Shown here one piece after another: positions 1-12,726 of a stretch of 64,000 nucleotides of DNA; within the stretch, counting starts at the first letter, position 1; every line of letters begins with the position of its first letter. The position numbers were made by a program, and so were the translations under genes. The stretch is from Hemiscyllium ocellatum (taxonomy: Eukaryota). The stretch is taken from NCBI RefSeq assembly GCF_020745735.1, contig NC_083409.1:20108341-20172340 (forward strand), given 5' to 3'. The notes under the pieces were generated by a model, which made no database searches, was not told where the DNA came from, and worked only from the letters and a program-made list of their open reading frames with translations.

Positions 1-47
1 CCTGGCGCTGTGAGGCAGCAGTGCTAACCACTGTGCCACCGTGCCAC
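1..47 (-). mobile_element. HE1-type SINE, tRNA-like 5' head cut by the window edge
   Basis: rc gtggcacggtggcacagtggttagcactgctgcctcacagcgccagg. Confidence 0.85.
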
Positions 48-2794
48 TCTTCATCAAACATAGAAATGAAACCTCTGAATGCTTGTAGTGAAGAAGTAGA
101 TAGCCATTGCTTACCAAGAATCTATCAGAGTAAGGCAAGAATGTGGAATAATCAGGTCAGCCATGGGGAACAGGCTCAAGAGGATGAATCTCCTTCCTCT
201 GCCCCTAACTCATTTGACCGTGTGTCCAGTTCCACCGTTGAAAGAACAGCGCCTTGAAAGCTTGTGGTTTTCAATAAAGCAGCTGAAGTGGCTGCTGGTT
301 TGTGTGGGCACGAATGGAAGGGGACTTTACCCATAATCCTCAGCAGCAGTGCAAGCGCTCTCTCGCCACTAGAGGGCAGCTGCTTCACTGTCCTTGATCA
401 GTAAAAAATAAACTGGGACTCTGCTTGGAGCTAACAGGCTCAATCTGTAGAGACCCATAGAGAGACAGTGCAGCTTTAGAAGTAGGGTACTGAGGGCACC
501 ACAATGAAAATGTCCCCTGTGATAAGAAAAGTACATTGATGTGACTTTTGTTTGTCTTCACAGTGTGTTGTTTTGTCCATTCTGTGAAACACGTAGATGA
601 TGTCAGTACTGAGTGGCACAAAGTATATTTCCTCCTCTAACCCCTTTCCAAAACACCCTCTCCATCTTGCTTTACTCCTTATTGACTCTTGTACAATTGT
701 TCCTGTTCCCTCACTCCGTCCCGGTCCCAGAGGGATTGACGGCCGGAGTTCATGACCCCGCACTGTGTGAAGGTCAGTGTGAAGTGAGGCCAGTGTGCTG
801 GAGCTTGGGTCCTGCCTCAGGCCCAGGTGTAGGGGTCTCTTCAACAATCTGCACATTGTCCTTTTTCTCTTTCTGACCGTACTGGAGTTTTCAAGCTGCA
901 GTAACTTGCTGGTAACAAACTGCCTTGACTCAGTGTTCCCGGCAATGGACAGATCTCTGCTGTTGATTTTTTTTCTCTCTCTGGAGTCAGCTCTGTATTC
1001 AGTGCCTGTTATCATTTTGTTAGAGTTCATATGTCAGCTGCTGCTTCCTTGCCATGGACTTGGAAAAAAATCAATGCCTCTTGAGATTTAAATCATTTAA
1101 CACTCCAATGATGTGAATGCATCAGTGTTGTTTATAGCAGGGAGCATTTAACATCATGGTTCTAGGTTTTAATGGATCCTCTCTCGTGATAATACAGTTT
1201 GCAATGTTTCTCTCCCCTTACGTGTTATTCAGATGCTTGCAAACCTGTTATGATGAGGACAGTGTGTCTTCAACAACGTGCAACAGAGTGGATGGGTGTT
1301 TGATTTCTCATCTCATTATCGTCCAGTTTCCAAAGAAAATGCTGCAGTCTTTGAAATGAGATTATCTATAATGTGTTTGGATTTTAGTTTTGCAATACCA
1401 ATTTTCATAAACAATATCCTGTTCCATTTTGTAGTTATGTTTGTCAATGAATGTTCCCTGAGAGACTGAGAGTTTATACAACACGCCATTTGCCTGTGAC
1501 CCAGTTGTTGGCTGAAGCCTCTGGTTGTTCGGTGAGTCCAAGGCATTGCCTTGCTCTCTGCAGTTATACCATCAACTTGGTTTCTCAGTGTGAGCCAGGA
1601 GACCACTGCGTGGTGACTTCCTGTTCCACTGTCGGTGTAAAGGCAAGTGTCGAGGTTCATCCCATCATGAACATCAGAACATCCTGCTCAGCTGGAACAA
1701 CATCCACTGACTCATTTCTCTGGCCACCATCGCAGTAAAACCAAATCTCTCCCTTTGTCAGCACAAAGAGAATGTGCCCATCAGATTCCCTCGTGTGTGA
1801 TGGTTTAGCCCAACAGGAGCAGCACTGGTAGACCATGCTGCGTCAGCCTAGACAGAAACCTGGGCAACCTCCAAATGATAGTGTGATCTTCAATGGATCT
1901 GCTGCTACAGGAAATATGTAATTGGAATCCTTGTTAATGAATCACCTCATCAAACCTAAATACAACTGAGAAAATATAAACCAAACCAATTTCCCAAGGT
2001 CACAACACAACAAGAAAGTAGGGAACAGACAGATACTGTCCCCTGTCTTTAGGGAGCGTTGCTTTTCCTATCCCTCTCTCTCTCTGGGTTAAAATTTTTA
2101 CCATCCCTTCTGTGTGAGAATATTACTATTCCTGTCCCCACTCTCTTGGGGACAGGTGGGGATGTCACATCCACCCAGTTCATTTGTTCCATTTACTCTT
2201 CTGAAATGGGGAATCCCTGCTTCACCATGTGTGTGAGCCATGTGTGGAAGTCCAGCATAGCTCACCCTTCATCTCAATCAGATCACAAGGGTCTAAGGTT
2301 GGTCAGTACTGTCTGGACCAGACAAAAGCACTGACTGACTGGAGACAATTCAGATCAAGTCCCAGTGGGACTGCTATTGACCTTCACCCTCAAAGCCCAC
2401 TGAGGATGTGGTCATTAGACCCAGTGTTGTCACAAAGTAAGTTCTCCCAGAGATTCATGATCCATTCTAGATTTTACACAAGTGTGCGATGTTGTTGGAT
2501 GACAGGTGGGAAGGCTTAGAGACGAAACATAAAAGGAGAGAGAATTATGTTTCTATGATGCCGTTTTTGAGCTTGCATGTTGGAAAACGTTTTACAGCCA
2601 ATTCAATACTTCCGAAGTCCAGGCATTATTGTGATGTGGGAATTGTGACAGCCTGGCCAAGGTAGATCATATGGCAGCACTACCCAGAGACTGGAGGCTG
2701 CTACTGCAGGTAGGGGACAAACCAATTCTGCTGTGAGGGAAGAACACTGGAGCACACAAGAACATGAGAAATTGAAGCAGGAGTAGGACTGCAA

Positions 2795-3115
2795 TGACTG
2801 TCCATCCTTTCTTAAATACAGGGACCAAAAGTGCACACAATACTTCAAATGCAGGCTCACTAACACCCTATAAAGTTTTAACAAGACTTCTCTACTTTTA
2901 AATTCCAACCCCAGACAATAATGGTGAAAATTCCATTCACCTTCTCAATTACTCGCTGTACATGCACTAACTTCCAGTGTTTCATGCACAATGCTACCCA
3001 GATCACTCTGTACTGCACTTTGTTGGAATCTCTCGCTATTTAAATACTAGTCGGCCTTTCGATTATTCCAAACAAAGTGCATGGTCTCACACTTTCTGAT
3101 ATTAAATTCAAACTG
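2795..3115 (-). mobile_element. CR1 LINE RT C-terminal fragment (paralog at ~32290-32600)
   Basis: EFKSREVLLKLYRVLV..HLKYCVHFWS motif. Confidence 0.85.
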
Positions 3116-3259
3116 TGTATGAGTGTTTCATTTCCAGTTTGGTGTTCTCTTTGTGATTGACTGACTCAATGTATCTGTCTGTAGTGTGTTCCATTCCCAT
3201 TTGTTGATGGCCCTGACACTTCATTGTCCAGCCCTTTCCTGCTGGTTCCATTCAATGGC

Positions 3260-5430
3260 AGGCAGGAGGTTGGAGGAACACAGCAAGCCAGGCAGCATCA
3301 GGCGGTGAAGAAGTTGATGTTTTGGGTGTAACCCTTCTTCAGGAATGACGGTGGGTGTAGGCGAAGCTGCAGATAAAGGGGGTGGCGGGAGCAGGGTGGA
3401 GAATGGGGATAGATGAAGACAGGCAGAGGACATGACCTGGTTCGTCAATGGAAGGAATGAATCTGTTTGGTGGCAGAGAGGAATGAAAGAGATGGGAGGG
3501 GCTGGGGAGGGAGTCAGGGGATGGGAAGGGAAGGATTTTGAAATTGGAGAACTCAGTGTTGAATCCTCTGGGCTATAGATTGCCTAGGCGGAAGATGAGG
3601 TATTGTTCCTCCAATTTGTGGTTTGGTTCATTGTGGCAATGGAGGAGGCCAAAGATGATCATGTTGATTAGATTAGATTAGATTAGATTACTTACAGGAT
3701 GGAAACAGGCCCTTCAGCCCAACAAGTTCACACTGACCTGCCAAAGCACAACCCACCCAGACCCATTCCCCTACATTTACCCCTTCGCATAACACTATGG
3801 GCAATTTAGCATGGCCAATTCACCTAACCTGCACATTTTTGGACTGTGGGAGGAAACCGGAACACCCGGAGGAAACCCACGCAGACACGGGGAGAATGTG
3901 TAAACACCACACAGTCAGTTGCCTGAGGCGGGAATTGAACCCGGAGGAAAGGGAGTGGGAAGGGGAATTAAAATGGGTAGTGACTGGGAGGTCTGGTCGG
4001 CCCCTACAGGCCCAGCTGAGATGCATGACCAACCGCTGCCTAAGTTTATGTTTGGTCTTCCCGATGTAGAGAAGACCACATCGCTGTCACCTGATGCAGT
4101 AAACTAGGTTGGAGGAGAGGCAGGTGAACCTCTGTCTCACTGGAAGGACTGTTTGGGGCCCTGGATGGAGGTGCTGGGGTTGGTGTACCAGCAGGCTTTG
4201 CATCCTTTCTGTTTGCAGGGGAAGGTACCTGGGGGTTCAGGAGAGATGGTGGAGAGAGTGGTGCAAACCAAGAATTGTCAAAGGGAACAGTCCTTGTGGA
4301 AGGCAGACAGGGGTAGGGTGAGGAAGACATTCTTGGTGGTGGGGTCTTGTTGGGGTTGGCGGAATAGGATGATGTGTTGGATACAGAGATCGGTTTGGGT
4401 GATAGATGAGGACAATGGGCACTCTGTCTTTATTCTGTTTGGAGGGGGGTGGGTTTAGAGCAGTCGAACGGGAAATGGAGGTGATGCGATGGATGACAGA
4501 GGGAGCAAAAGCATGTTGTTTGAAATAGGTGGACATCTGGAATACTTGGGAGTGGAATGTCTCCTCATCCGAGCAGATAGAGCAGAGGTGGAGGAATTGG
4601 AAGAATAGGATGGAGTTCTTGCAGGATACTGGGTGGGAGAAAGTATAGTCCGGGTAATAATGGGAGTCTGTGAGTTTGCAGTAAATGTCTATCTGAACAC
4701 GGTCACCGGAGATGGGAATGGAGAGGTCAGTAAAGGGGAGGGCGGTGTCCGAGGTGGACCAAGTGAATTTGAGGGTAGGTTGGAAGTTGTGGGCGAAGAC
4801 GATGAACTGCTCCAGTTCAGCCTGGGTGCAGGTCACTGCACCAATGCAGTCATCGATGTAATGGTAGAAGAGCTGGGGCACAGTGCCTGTGGAGGCACTG
4901 AAGATGGACTGTTCAGCATAGCCAAGAAAGGGGCAGGGGGAACTAGGGCCCATCCAGGTACTTATAGCCACCCCTGGATTTAGAGGAACTGGGAGGAGTT
5001 AAAGGAAAAGTTGTTGAGGGTGAGGACCAGTTCGGCCAGATGGAGGAGGGTATTGGTGGAGGGGGATGTCACATCAATGGTCAGCAATGAAGAAATTGTG
5101 TGTACACAGCTGGTGGTGGGGGGTGGGGTGGGGGGTGACCAAGTGGAGGAGGAAGGTTGGAGGTGGGAGAAGGGGTCCTCAGAGGGAGTTTGGGAGTTTT
5201 TGTTAAAGAAGAAGACACGGAGGTAGAGGCAGCGGAAGAAGAGCTCCACGTCCTGGTGAGTGCGGGATTTTTTGAAGTGGGGAATGAATGTGAGCCCTTT
5301 TCTCAGGATGAACCTTTTGGCCGCAGAGAGTTTGAGATCGTGGGGGGATAATATTATAAGGGGCAAGGCTTGGGGTGGGGGACGAGGTTTTCAGGTGGGT
5401 CGGAGATGGCTGAAGGAGGGGAGGTGGCAA
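3260..5430 (-). mobile_element. Penelope-like retroelement (Neptune type), decayed
   Basis: RT motifs MGPS, YIDD and KLTDSH..DYTFSHP..CKNSI..QFL in ORF 4237-4971. Interrupted by an HE1 SINE. Confidence 0.88.
3665..3944 (-). mobile_element. HE1-type SINE, 5'-truncated
   Basis: (taatc)n tail and HE1 body, inserted in the Penelope element. Confidence 0.88.
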
Positions 5431-5729
5431 GGCTGATGGGAATGGGAGAGAATGGGTGTGGGAGAGAAAGGAGATTGGGGCGGAGGTGGGTTATGGAGTG
5501 AGGTGTGGGACTGGGAAGGTGGAGATGAGGTGAAGAGGGAGAAGTGGAGGGATAGGGTGCACTGTGGGGGTGGATGGGTGAGGAGGGAGAGGGAGTATGC
5601 TGGCTGGCTGCAGGTAGGCAGTTGGACTCAGGGGGACTCTGGGAATTGTAGTCTCAGTCTTGGTTGCAGAGTGGGAGGGGCCAGAAGTGGAGGCAGAGGT
5701 TGGAGTGAAGTCAAGGCTGGTTTGGGTGT

Positions 5730-6028
5730 TTTGACTCAGGTTCAATTCCAGCCTCAGGCAACTGTCTGTGTGGACTTAGCACATTCTCCAAGTGTCTGTG
5801 TAGGTTTCCTCTGGGTGCTCTGGTTTTCCTCCCACAATCTAAAGATGTGCAGGTTAGGTGAATTGGCCATGCTAAGTTGCCCATAGTGATCAGGGATGTG
5901 GAGGTTAGGCTCATTAGTCAGGGGAAAAGCAGAGTAATAAGATTGGGTCTTGGGAAGGTTACTCTTCCAAGGGTCAGTGTGGACATGTTGGGCCAAATGG
6001 CCTGTTTCCTCACGGTAGGGATTCTATG
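5730..6028 (+). mobile_element. HE1-type SINE, 5'-truncated
   Basis: ggttcaattcc B-box, body and CR1-like tail. Paralog at 35570-35870. Confidence 0.8.
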
Positions 6029-7388
6029 ACAGTCCATTCCAGATTCCCACCACCCATTGAGTGAAAAAGTTCTTCACCAAATCTCATTTGCGGTGTCCAT
6101 AATGAAACCTTTCAAACCATTCATTTTGTCTAGTGTCATTTAGCTCTTGAGCTCCTTGTTCAATAAATGTTTTATTATTTTTGATAAAATATGAGTTCTC
6201 TGACAGGGACAGTTAAATTTGTCCAATCAGGGAGCTTTGGCTGACAGATAGAAAGAGGCATGTCAGAAGGACTGATACTCTGGGACCTGACTCTGAATAA
6301 CAACCTGCCAACCAACCCCCTCCTTCTGTCACCCTCAATCTCCCCATGCTTACTCTTGTTTCACCTTCGATCCAGCCTGTGCTGCCTTTGGGAGAGGTTG
6401 GCCTTCCCTCCATCACCCAGGAATACGGTCATTATCCCAGAGCAGTCACACTTTTAACCTGAGGGTCATCACAGCTGGGGCAGGGGGAGAGAAGGTGGCA
6501 CCTTCATGGTGGTCATACCTGTCATTAATCCACCGCAACCTCTCTTGGGGCTGCAAGAATTCAACCTCCCTCCCTCAGACAGCTCCCCTCCCTGGAAGGT
6601 AATATTGCTGCACCTTGTTTTGGGTTAATTAACCACTGAAATATGACTATGGGGAGCCAGCATTGGCTGGGCAGGCAGCCACGATTGACCCTGGATTCAG
6701 AAAGTCCCCTTGTAATTGGACATCACATTAGGGAGCACAGTCTAGATTAGAGTAGTGCTGGAAAAGCACAGCAGGTCAGGCAGCATCTGATGAGCAGGAA
6801 AATCGACATTTCTGCATTAGGGAGCACAGTGCCCACTGCCTCTGAAATCCCTCCCTTACTGAGAATACACTCTCAGTATTCACCTTTCTCAGCTGCCATC
6901 TGAATTTACTATAAATTCTGTGGCCAATGATCCTGCCCCTCCAGCTACCTGATGAAGAAGCTGTGCTCTGAACGCTTCTACTTTCAAATAAACCTGTTTG
7001 ACTCTCACCTGGTGTCGTTGGATTTTTTAACTTTGGCCATCTGAATGAGCTGCCATCTCAGACTGAATCAGCAGAACTGTTTTCCATTCATGATTTGAGA
7101 AGATTAAAGCCTAATCTTCAATCCCCAGCACAAAGCCCATTCTGAATCCATCGCTCGGAGACACATACCTCCGAGAGACACCTACAGACAGCACAGAGTA
7201 ACACACTCACTCTGTGAGACAGGTAGCACTGAGGAATATGATCACACTCCATGCTGTAGACAGGTGTCCCCGAATGTGGGTGCGTTACTGAACGCTGCCT
7301 GTAGGTGTCTCTCTGAGTAACAAATCCACACTGAGAGGGACCCCTCCAAGCAGCATTAAGTTAAACACTCACACTCAGAGAGGCACAC

Positions 7389-7592
7389 ATTCTAGATTAG
7401 AGTGGTGCTGGAAAAGCACATTGGTTCAGGCAACATCTGAGGAGCAGTAAAATCAACGTTTCAGGCAAAAGCCCTTCATCAAGAATAAAGCTCTATTCCT
7501 GATGAAGGGCTTTTGCCCGAAATGTCGATTTTCCTGCTCCTCAGATGCTGCCTGAACTGCTGTGCTTTTCCAGTACCACTCGAATCTAGAAT
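7389..7592. repeat. Fold-back (head-to-head Penelope terminal repeats), ~99 bp arms, 6-nt loop
   Basis: The left arm ending gcccttcatcaagaata pairs with the right arm starting tattcctgatgaagggc. Absent from the unit 2 paralog. Confidence 0.9.
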
Positions 7593-7992
7593 CTGGTTTC
7601 CAGCATCTGCAGTCCTTGTTTTTACCTCAGAGAGACACAGCTGACAATGTCAGTGATTGGCCGAAGATTGTTTCAGCAGCTACCCAAGATGCAGTAGAGA
7701 TTGCACTGTGCGATCCCATCAGCTGGGCCTGGACCAACAGAGTGAAGAGGGAATGCATCAGATTGTACTTATTGAGTCCTAACAGCTTTCAGTTTCTGTT
7801 CTTTTTGGAATCTTGTAATCTACATAAATTCCTGACCAAAGGGATCATATAAAAATGATTAATGATTGTAATTGATTGACAGGCCAACCAGCCAATCTTG
7901 ACAATGACCTGTTGAAATGCAGCCAATCAACTGAGGGGCGGGGAAGGTCATCTATTTCCAAAGCACACAGAGACAGAGACTGAATCTTCATC

Positions 7993-7998
7993 TTTATT
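7993..7998 (-). terminator. Probable polyadenylation signal for C1 (AATAAA on minus strand)
   Basis: tttatt on the + strand, ~530 nt past the stop and followed on the minus strand by GT/T-rich tctctgtctctgtgtgctttgg. Conserved at the same position in all three C copies. Confidence 0.6.
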
Positions 7999-8525
7999 CC
8001 CTTTTCCACATTCACATTGACAGAAAATAAAACCCTGCAATTAACAGCCCAGACAGAGGAAGCTGCACAAATTCACAGCCACAATGGAGTTTGAGGAAAA
8101 CACTTGTGGAGATTTGCTCAATAACATGAGAATCCTGTCCCTTTAAACAGTGACAAAACCTTAAATTGGAACTGACAGCTAAGCAGGAAGGAGATCTGGT
8201 TTACTGAAGCAGAGACTTCTGAGGTTCACATTGTTTTGTACAGCTGACAGTCTTCAGCAACTTCAAAAGATTTTACTTGGCATCACAAGTCAACTCTGTC
8301 CCACCAAGGACTCCCAGAACAGGGACAGCATGGGGTTTGACACAGTGTAAAGCTCCGTCGACACTGTCGCAGTGATCTGCTTTTACATCCAAACCCCAGA
8401 AGGTTCTCTGAGCAGCCCTGAGAAGGAAGAGAGTTGAAATTCAGTGCTGACAACGACCTTTGTCCTGCCTGCTCAGCCCTGTTCTATTTAAAGTTGTGTC
8501 TCCTCTGTGGACTGTCTCCAACACT

Positions 8526-8854
8526 CTACACACATTCTGATTTACTGATGCTCTTGCTGAGGGGAGAGGGGAGGGTCACATGGGTGAGAGCGCAGGAGAA
8601 GCGAGCGTCGGACTCCCAGTCAGACCCAGAGAGGGTCAGCAGGCTGCTGACACTGTAGGTGCTGTCCGAAGCTCGCAGGTAGTTGCTGGTCTGAACCCCG
8701 TCCGAAATGACTGCACCGTCCTTCTTCCACTGCACCTCCAGCTCATCGGGATAGAAGTGATTGGCAAGGCACACCAGGGTGGCAGTGCCCTTGTCATTGA
8801 CCTGTTCCGGGGAGGGGGGAAGCAAGGTCAGCTTGGGCTGAGAGTTCTCACGGC
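8526..8854 (-). CDS. IGKC: Immunoglobulin light chain constant exon, kappa/NS4 (type III) class, copy C1, frame intact
   Basis: Translates xRENSQPKLTLLPPSPEQVNDKGTATLVCLANHFYPDELEVQWKKDG...FSCALTHVTLPSPLSKSISKSECV*. C1-set domain with both Cys, the Trp and the C-terminal xECV inter-chain Cys. Preceded on the minus strand by the acceptor ttctcttgtctttcag (phase 1). Isotype from my recollection of nurse shark NS4 C. Confidence 0.93.
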
Positions 8855-10339
8855 CTGAAAGACAAGAGAAACAATTTTCATCCCTGCCATTTGAAGGGAA
8901 TTCAACCCTCACAATATTCACTGGCAATACAATCTTTTTGAACATTTGTAGTCAATACCTAACAAACCAGACAAAAGAACAGACACTGTTCAAATTGCTT
9001 CTTGGGATCTGAGTGTCACTGGCAGGGCCAACATTCATTACCGTCCCTAGTTGCCCCTGAGAAGGTGATGGTGAAGCAGCAGAGAGAGAAGGGACAATTT
9101 TGGACCATCGGTTATGGAATGAATGTGGGCATCTGGAAGGGCTATTGATGGGGATCATTTTAGTGACAGTGATGAGAACTCAGGGAGATTGAGAGTAGGG
9201 ATGGAAATGGAGAACCATGGAGCAAGTGTAAAAGTTTTCATTTTACTAAACTGTGCGGTGCTTTGGTAAAAGTGGATCAGAACCAATGACATGATGGGAA
9301 ATCAGTGTCAGGGCAGTGGGATCCCTCGAAGGATGAGATAGAGATCGTTCAGAATCTGTTCCCACAATGAGTAAGGGTGGGACTCCCAGATCTAGACCAA
9401 ATGAACAAGAGGATTGGGGTTCACGTACTGACATGGATTGGGAACTGCTTGGCAGGCAGCACAGAAAGAATGAGTCTTTTTCTGAATGGCAGGTAATTAC
9501 AACTTAGGGTGCCACAGGGGTCAGCCCTTGGTACCCAGTTATTCATAATATATAATAATAGGGTCATAGGGACCCAAAAGGCCCATTAGCCCATTGTGTC
9601 CATACTGGTCAAAAAACAACAACCCAATAATTGTCATCTATTTTTCCAGCAAAAGGGAATTAGATGCAATGTGTATTTAAGAAGGAATTAGATATAGTTC
9701 TTAGGATTAAAGGGATCAAAGAATATGGGGAGAAAGTAGGAACAGGGGACTGTGTTGGATGAACAGCCATGATCATATTGAATGGTGGAGAAGGGTTGAA
9801 GGGCCGAATGGCCTACTGCTGCTCCTGTGTTTGATGTTTCTATCTGTATCGCAGATAATGAAGGAATGTCTCTCATCAATTGAAGCCGGAAGTCAGATGT
9901 GTGTGGAGGTGGAAAATGTGGCCATGGTGACTAATGAATGCAGGTCAGTGAGGTGGTTCAGAAGACACATGGGAGAAACTGTTTTACTTTTTCCCTTGAT
10001 GGAATGAGGGCATTGCTGGATCAGCAGCATTTATTGTCCATCCCTAATTACCCAGAGGGCAGTTTAGAGTCACCCACATTGCTGTGGGTCTGGGGTCACA
10101 TGGTAAGGATGGCAGTTTCCTTCCCTAAAGGACATAAGGGAATCAGATGCTTTTTCCTGACAATCAATGATGGTTTCATGGTCATCATTAGTCTCTTAAT
10201 TGCAGATTTTTTTTTGATTGAAATTGAATGCCACCATCTACTGGATTCTAACCCTGGTCCCCAGAACATTACCTGGATCTCTGGATTAACAGCTCAGCAA
10301 TAACACCATTAGACCATCACCTCCCTTATCTCATTTTTG

Positions 10340-10760
10340 GCTGACTGTGAAAGCAAGGAGTTTGTTTATTCTGGAACCGTATAAAACCCCAGTTAGAGCA
10401 CAGTGAGAGAACTGTGTACGGTTCTGGTCACCACATTACAGGAAGGATGTGATCCCTCGAGAGACCTGGACAGAGGAAGAGTTTGTGTGGAATGGGGACT
10501 TTGAGCTTTGAGGAATGGTTGGATTGGCTGGGAGTGTTTTCATTGGAACAGAGGTGGCTGAGGGGAGATTTGATGGTGGTGTGTAAAATGATGAGGGGCC
10601 TGGACAGAGTGGGTAGGAAGGACTGATTTCCACCAGCACAGAGGGCAATAACCCTGGGGAGAGATTGGAATCAGTTGGTTGCAGGATTAGAGGGGAGTTG
10701 AGGGTAATTGTTTTCACCCAGAGACTGGTGGGATGTGGGACTCACTGTCTGAAAGAGTGC
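10340..10760 (+). mobile_element. CR1 LINE 3' fragment (paralog at 59785-60290)
   Basis: cagttagagcacagtgagagaactgtgtacggttctggtcaccacattacaggaagg and following CR1 sequence. Confidence 0.8.
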
Positions 10761-10819
10761 TTTTCAAGTAATAATGGAGATTCACAAGGAAGCACAATTT
10801 AAAACAATGGAACAATTTA

Positions 10820-10979
10820 CAGAGGAACCTCGATTACCTGAGCGACATGGGTAAGGAGTGTTTTGTTTGGATAATTGAAATCCGGGTAATACAGTTTAGC
10901 CAAACATTGGGATCTTACAATGTAGTTCGGATGATCCGAAATTCAGATAATCAAATGCCAGATAATCGAGGCTCCTCTG
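10820..10979. mobile_element. Tc1/mariner (Tigger-like) MITE
   Basis: TIRs cagaggaacctcgatta / taatcgaggctcctctg; TA on the left, CA (mutated TA?) on the right. Confidence 0.8.
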
Positions 10980-11289
10980 CATGTAGGTTAATCAAATATC
11001 CTATACATCAAAGAAGTTTAATATTTTAAACAATTAGATCTGATACTCTGCTTGGTCTTTTGCTGTTCTCTGTCAATTGAGGCCTTCAGGGCAATGAATA
11101 AAATTTATTGACATGAGAATGTGTGGAAGGGTTGATAATTCAGGAAATTAGTTGGTTCTGAATTGATTTAGACAAATAAAGAGGATCAGAATGGAAGCAA
11201 TATGATATAATATAATGTGCAGACTACACCCAAAGGGTATTTCATCACGACTGTGCCACTTATTTTAAGAGCAGGAAAGTGCAGTCACT

Positions 11290-11690
11290 GACCAGATAGC
11301 AGTTGTGTAGCCTGAGACAGGAGATTGTGGGTTCAAATCCCACCAGAGACTTGAGCAGGTAATCCAGGTACTCCAGGTAGTTCTTCCATAACACAATGGT
11401 TGCATTGCTGTCCAAACCCCATGATATAGAAAAAAATCACATTTTAGAAACAGCACTTAAAGTCTTCGTGATGTAATCGGCCAACACATGTTTCAAAGTT
11501 AGTGCTTTAGAAACAGTGTTCCCAATTTGTCAATCATATTATAGCAAATTTGTGTTAATAAAATGCACATTATAGCAGAATGACCTGTACAGTACTGAGG
11601 GTGTACTGCACTGTTTTGAAGTTGGTGTCCTTCAGATGAGACGGATGCAGAAGACCTCAGCATTCTGGTCAATGTTTATTTCAACAGAAT
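11290..11690 (+). mobile_element. Ancient Deu-domain-like SINE remnant
   Basis: gggttcaaatcccaccagagacttgagca...cagtactgagggtgtactgcactg...cttcagatgagac resembles the DeuSINE core as I recall it. Confidence 0.5.
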
Positions 11691-12726
11691 ATTCTATTCA
11701 ACAATTTGCTATTTTAATAAATCTAATATTCTCAAATTGTATTTTGCATTTGGTATTTCATAAACTACAAAGTGTTTCACTGGCTGTAAGCCACATAAAG
11801 AATGTCCCATGATTGTAAAAAGTGCCTTTAAAACAAGTTTTCTTTTCTTTTCTGAAGTTGCACAGATCAATACCAGACAACAGACACAGGCCCTGTTGTA
11901 CGATTACACACAACACTGTGAGATTGTTGCACACCACCGAGCTGAAGTGTTCTGCAACTGATCAATCTCCAAGCTGTAGGGAACGGGTTCAACTTAGTCA
12001 GAAAAGGTAAGAAAATCCATCCAGTGATTCCCCTTTGCCAAGTGCACTCCTGTGGGACGGATCAGCCCTCTGATTCCTTCTCTAATTTGCCTGGCAACAC
12101 ATGATAAAGGCTCAGAAACAAAAAGTGATTACTTGGCCAAATTCTCAGTCAGAATATGGAGAACAGGGAAGAAAATTGAGAAAATAAATTTCCATTCCAA
12201 GAGAAAGAAATTGAGATCGGGTCAACACCTTACAGGAATAATCATCTTTCTACATTAAAAAGGTTATGATGGCACATTTCATTTTCTAGACACTTCTAGG
12301 TTCAGATACAGTCTGACATTTTCAAACACTAACCCTGCCAACTTGAAAACTTCAAAGATATTTCTGACACTACAAATGAGTCAGCACCTTAGGCACATCA
12401 CCTCCACACACGCTCTCTGACTTGCTCCTTCATCACTGGTAGCTCTATTTAATCCCAAATCACCTACCACCATCACAAGGGCCACAGCTGTTCAAAAAGA
12501 TGGCCCATCTTATCGGGATGACTGCCTGTTAAGTGAAACCGTGCCAAAACTGCACATGTCTGAGAACTCTAAATACTGCAACAGAATGAGAAACCAGTAG
12601 ACTGCTGAGACTGAAATTTACATCAGTTGACAGGAAGAAGCTGAAGAAAACCAGAGGCGAAACACCATCAGTACACTACAACCAAAAGATACTCCACTCC
12701 ACACATTGCCGAATTTCTACAGAGTT

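Larger units (their letters stand above)
215..10760 (+). repeat. Segmental duplication unit 1 (carries C1)
   Basis: Collinear with ~30780-42090: shared unique blocks plus shared CR1, Penelope and HE1 insertions. 7900-9400 and 10340-10760 also match 58050-59520 and 59785-60150. Confidence 0.85.

Noticed and set aside
476-1091. Long ORFs in the flank module (e.g. 184 aa)
   Set aside because: Frames are not preserved among the paralogous copies and no domain is recognisable.
8855-8945. N-terminal extension MFKKIVLPV... of the 139-aa ORF
   Set aside because: It is intron read-through upstream of the splice acceptor and is not open in C3.
11970-12012. J-like stretch ending in a gtaag donor (AVGNGFNLVRK)
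   Set aside because: Wrong strand relative to the C exons, no FGxGT motif and no RSS.
12098-12126. RSS-like cacatga-13 bp-acaaaaagt
   Set aside because: The heptamer matches only 4/7 and the adjacent sequence encodes no V end or FGxG J motif.
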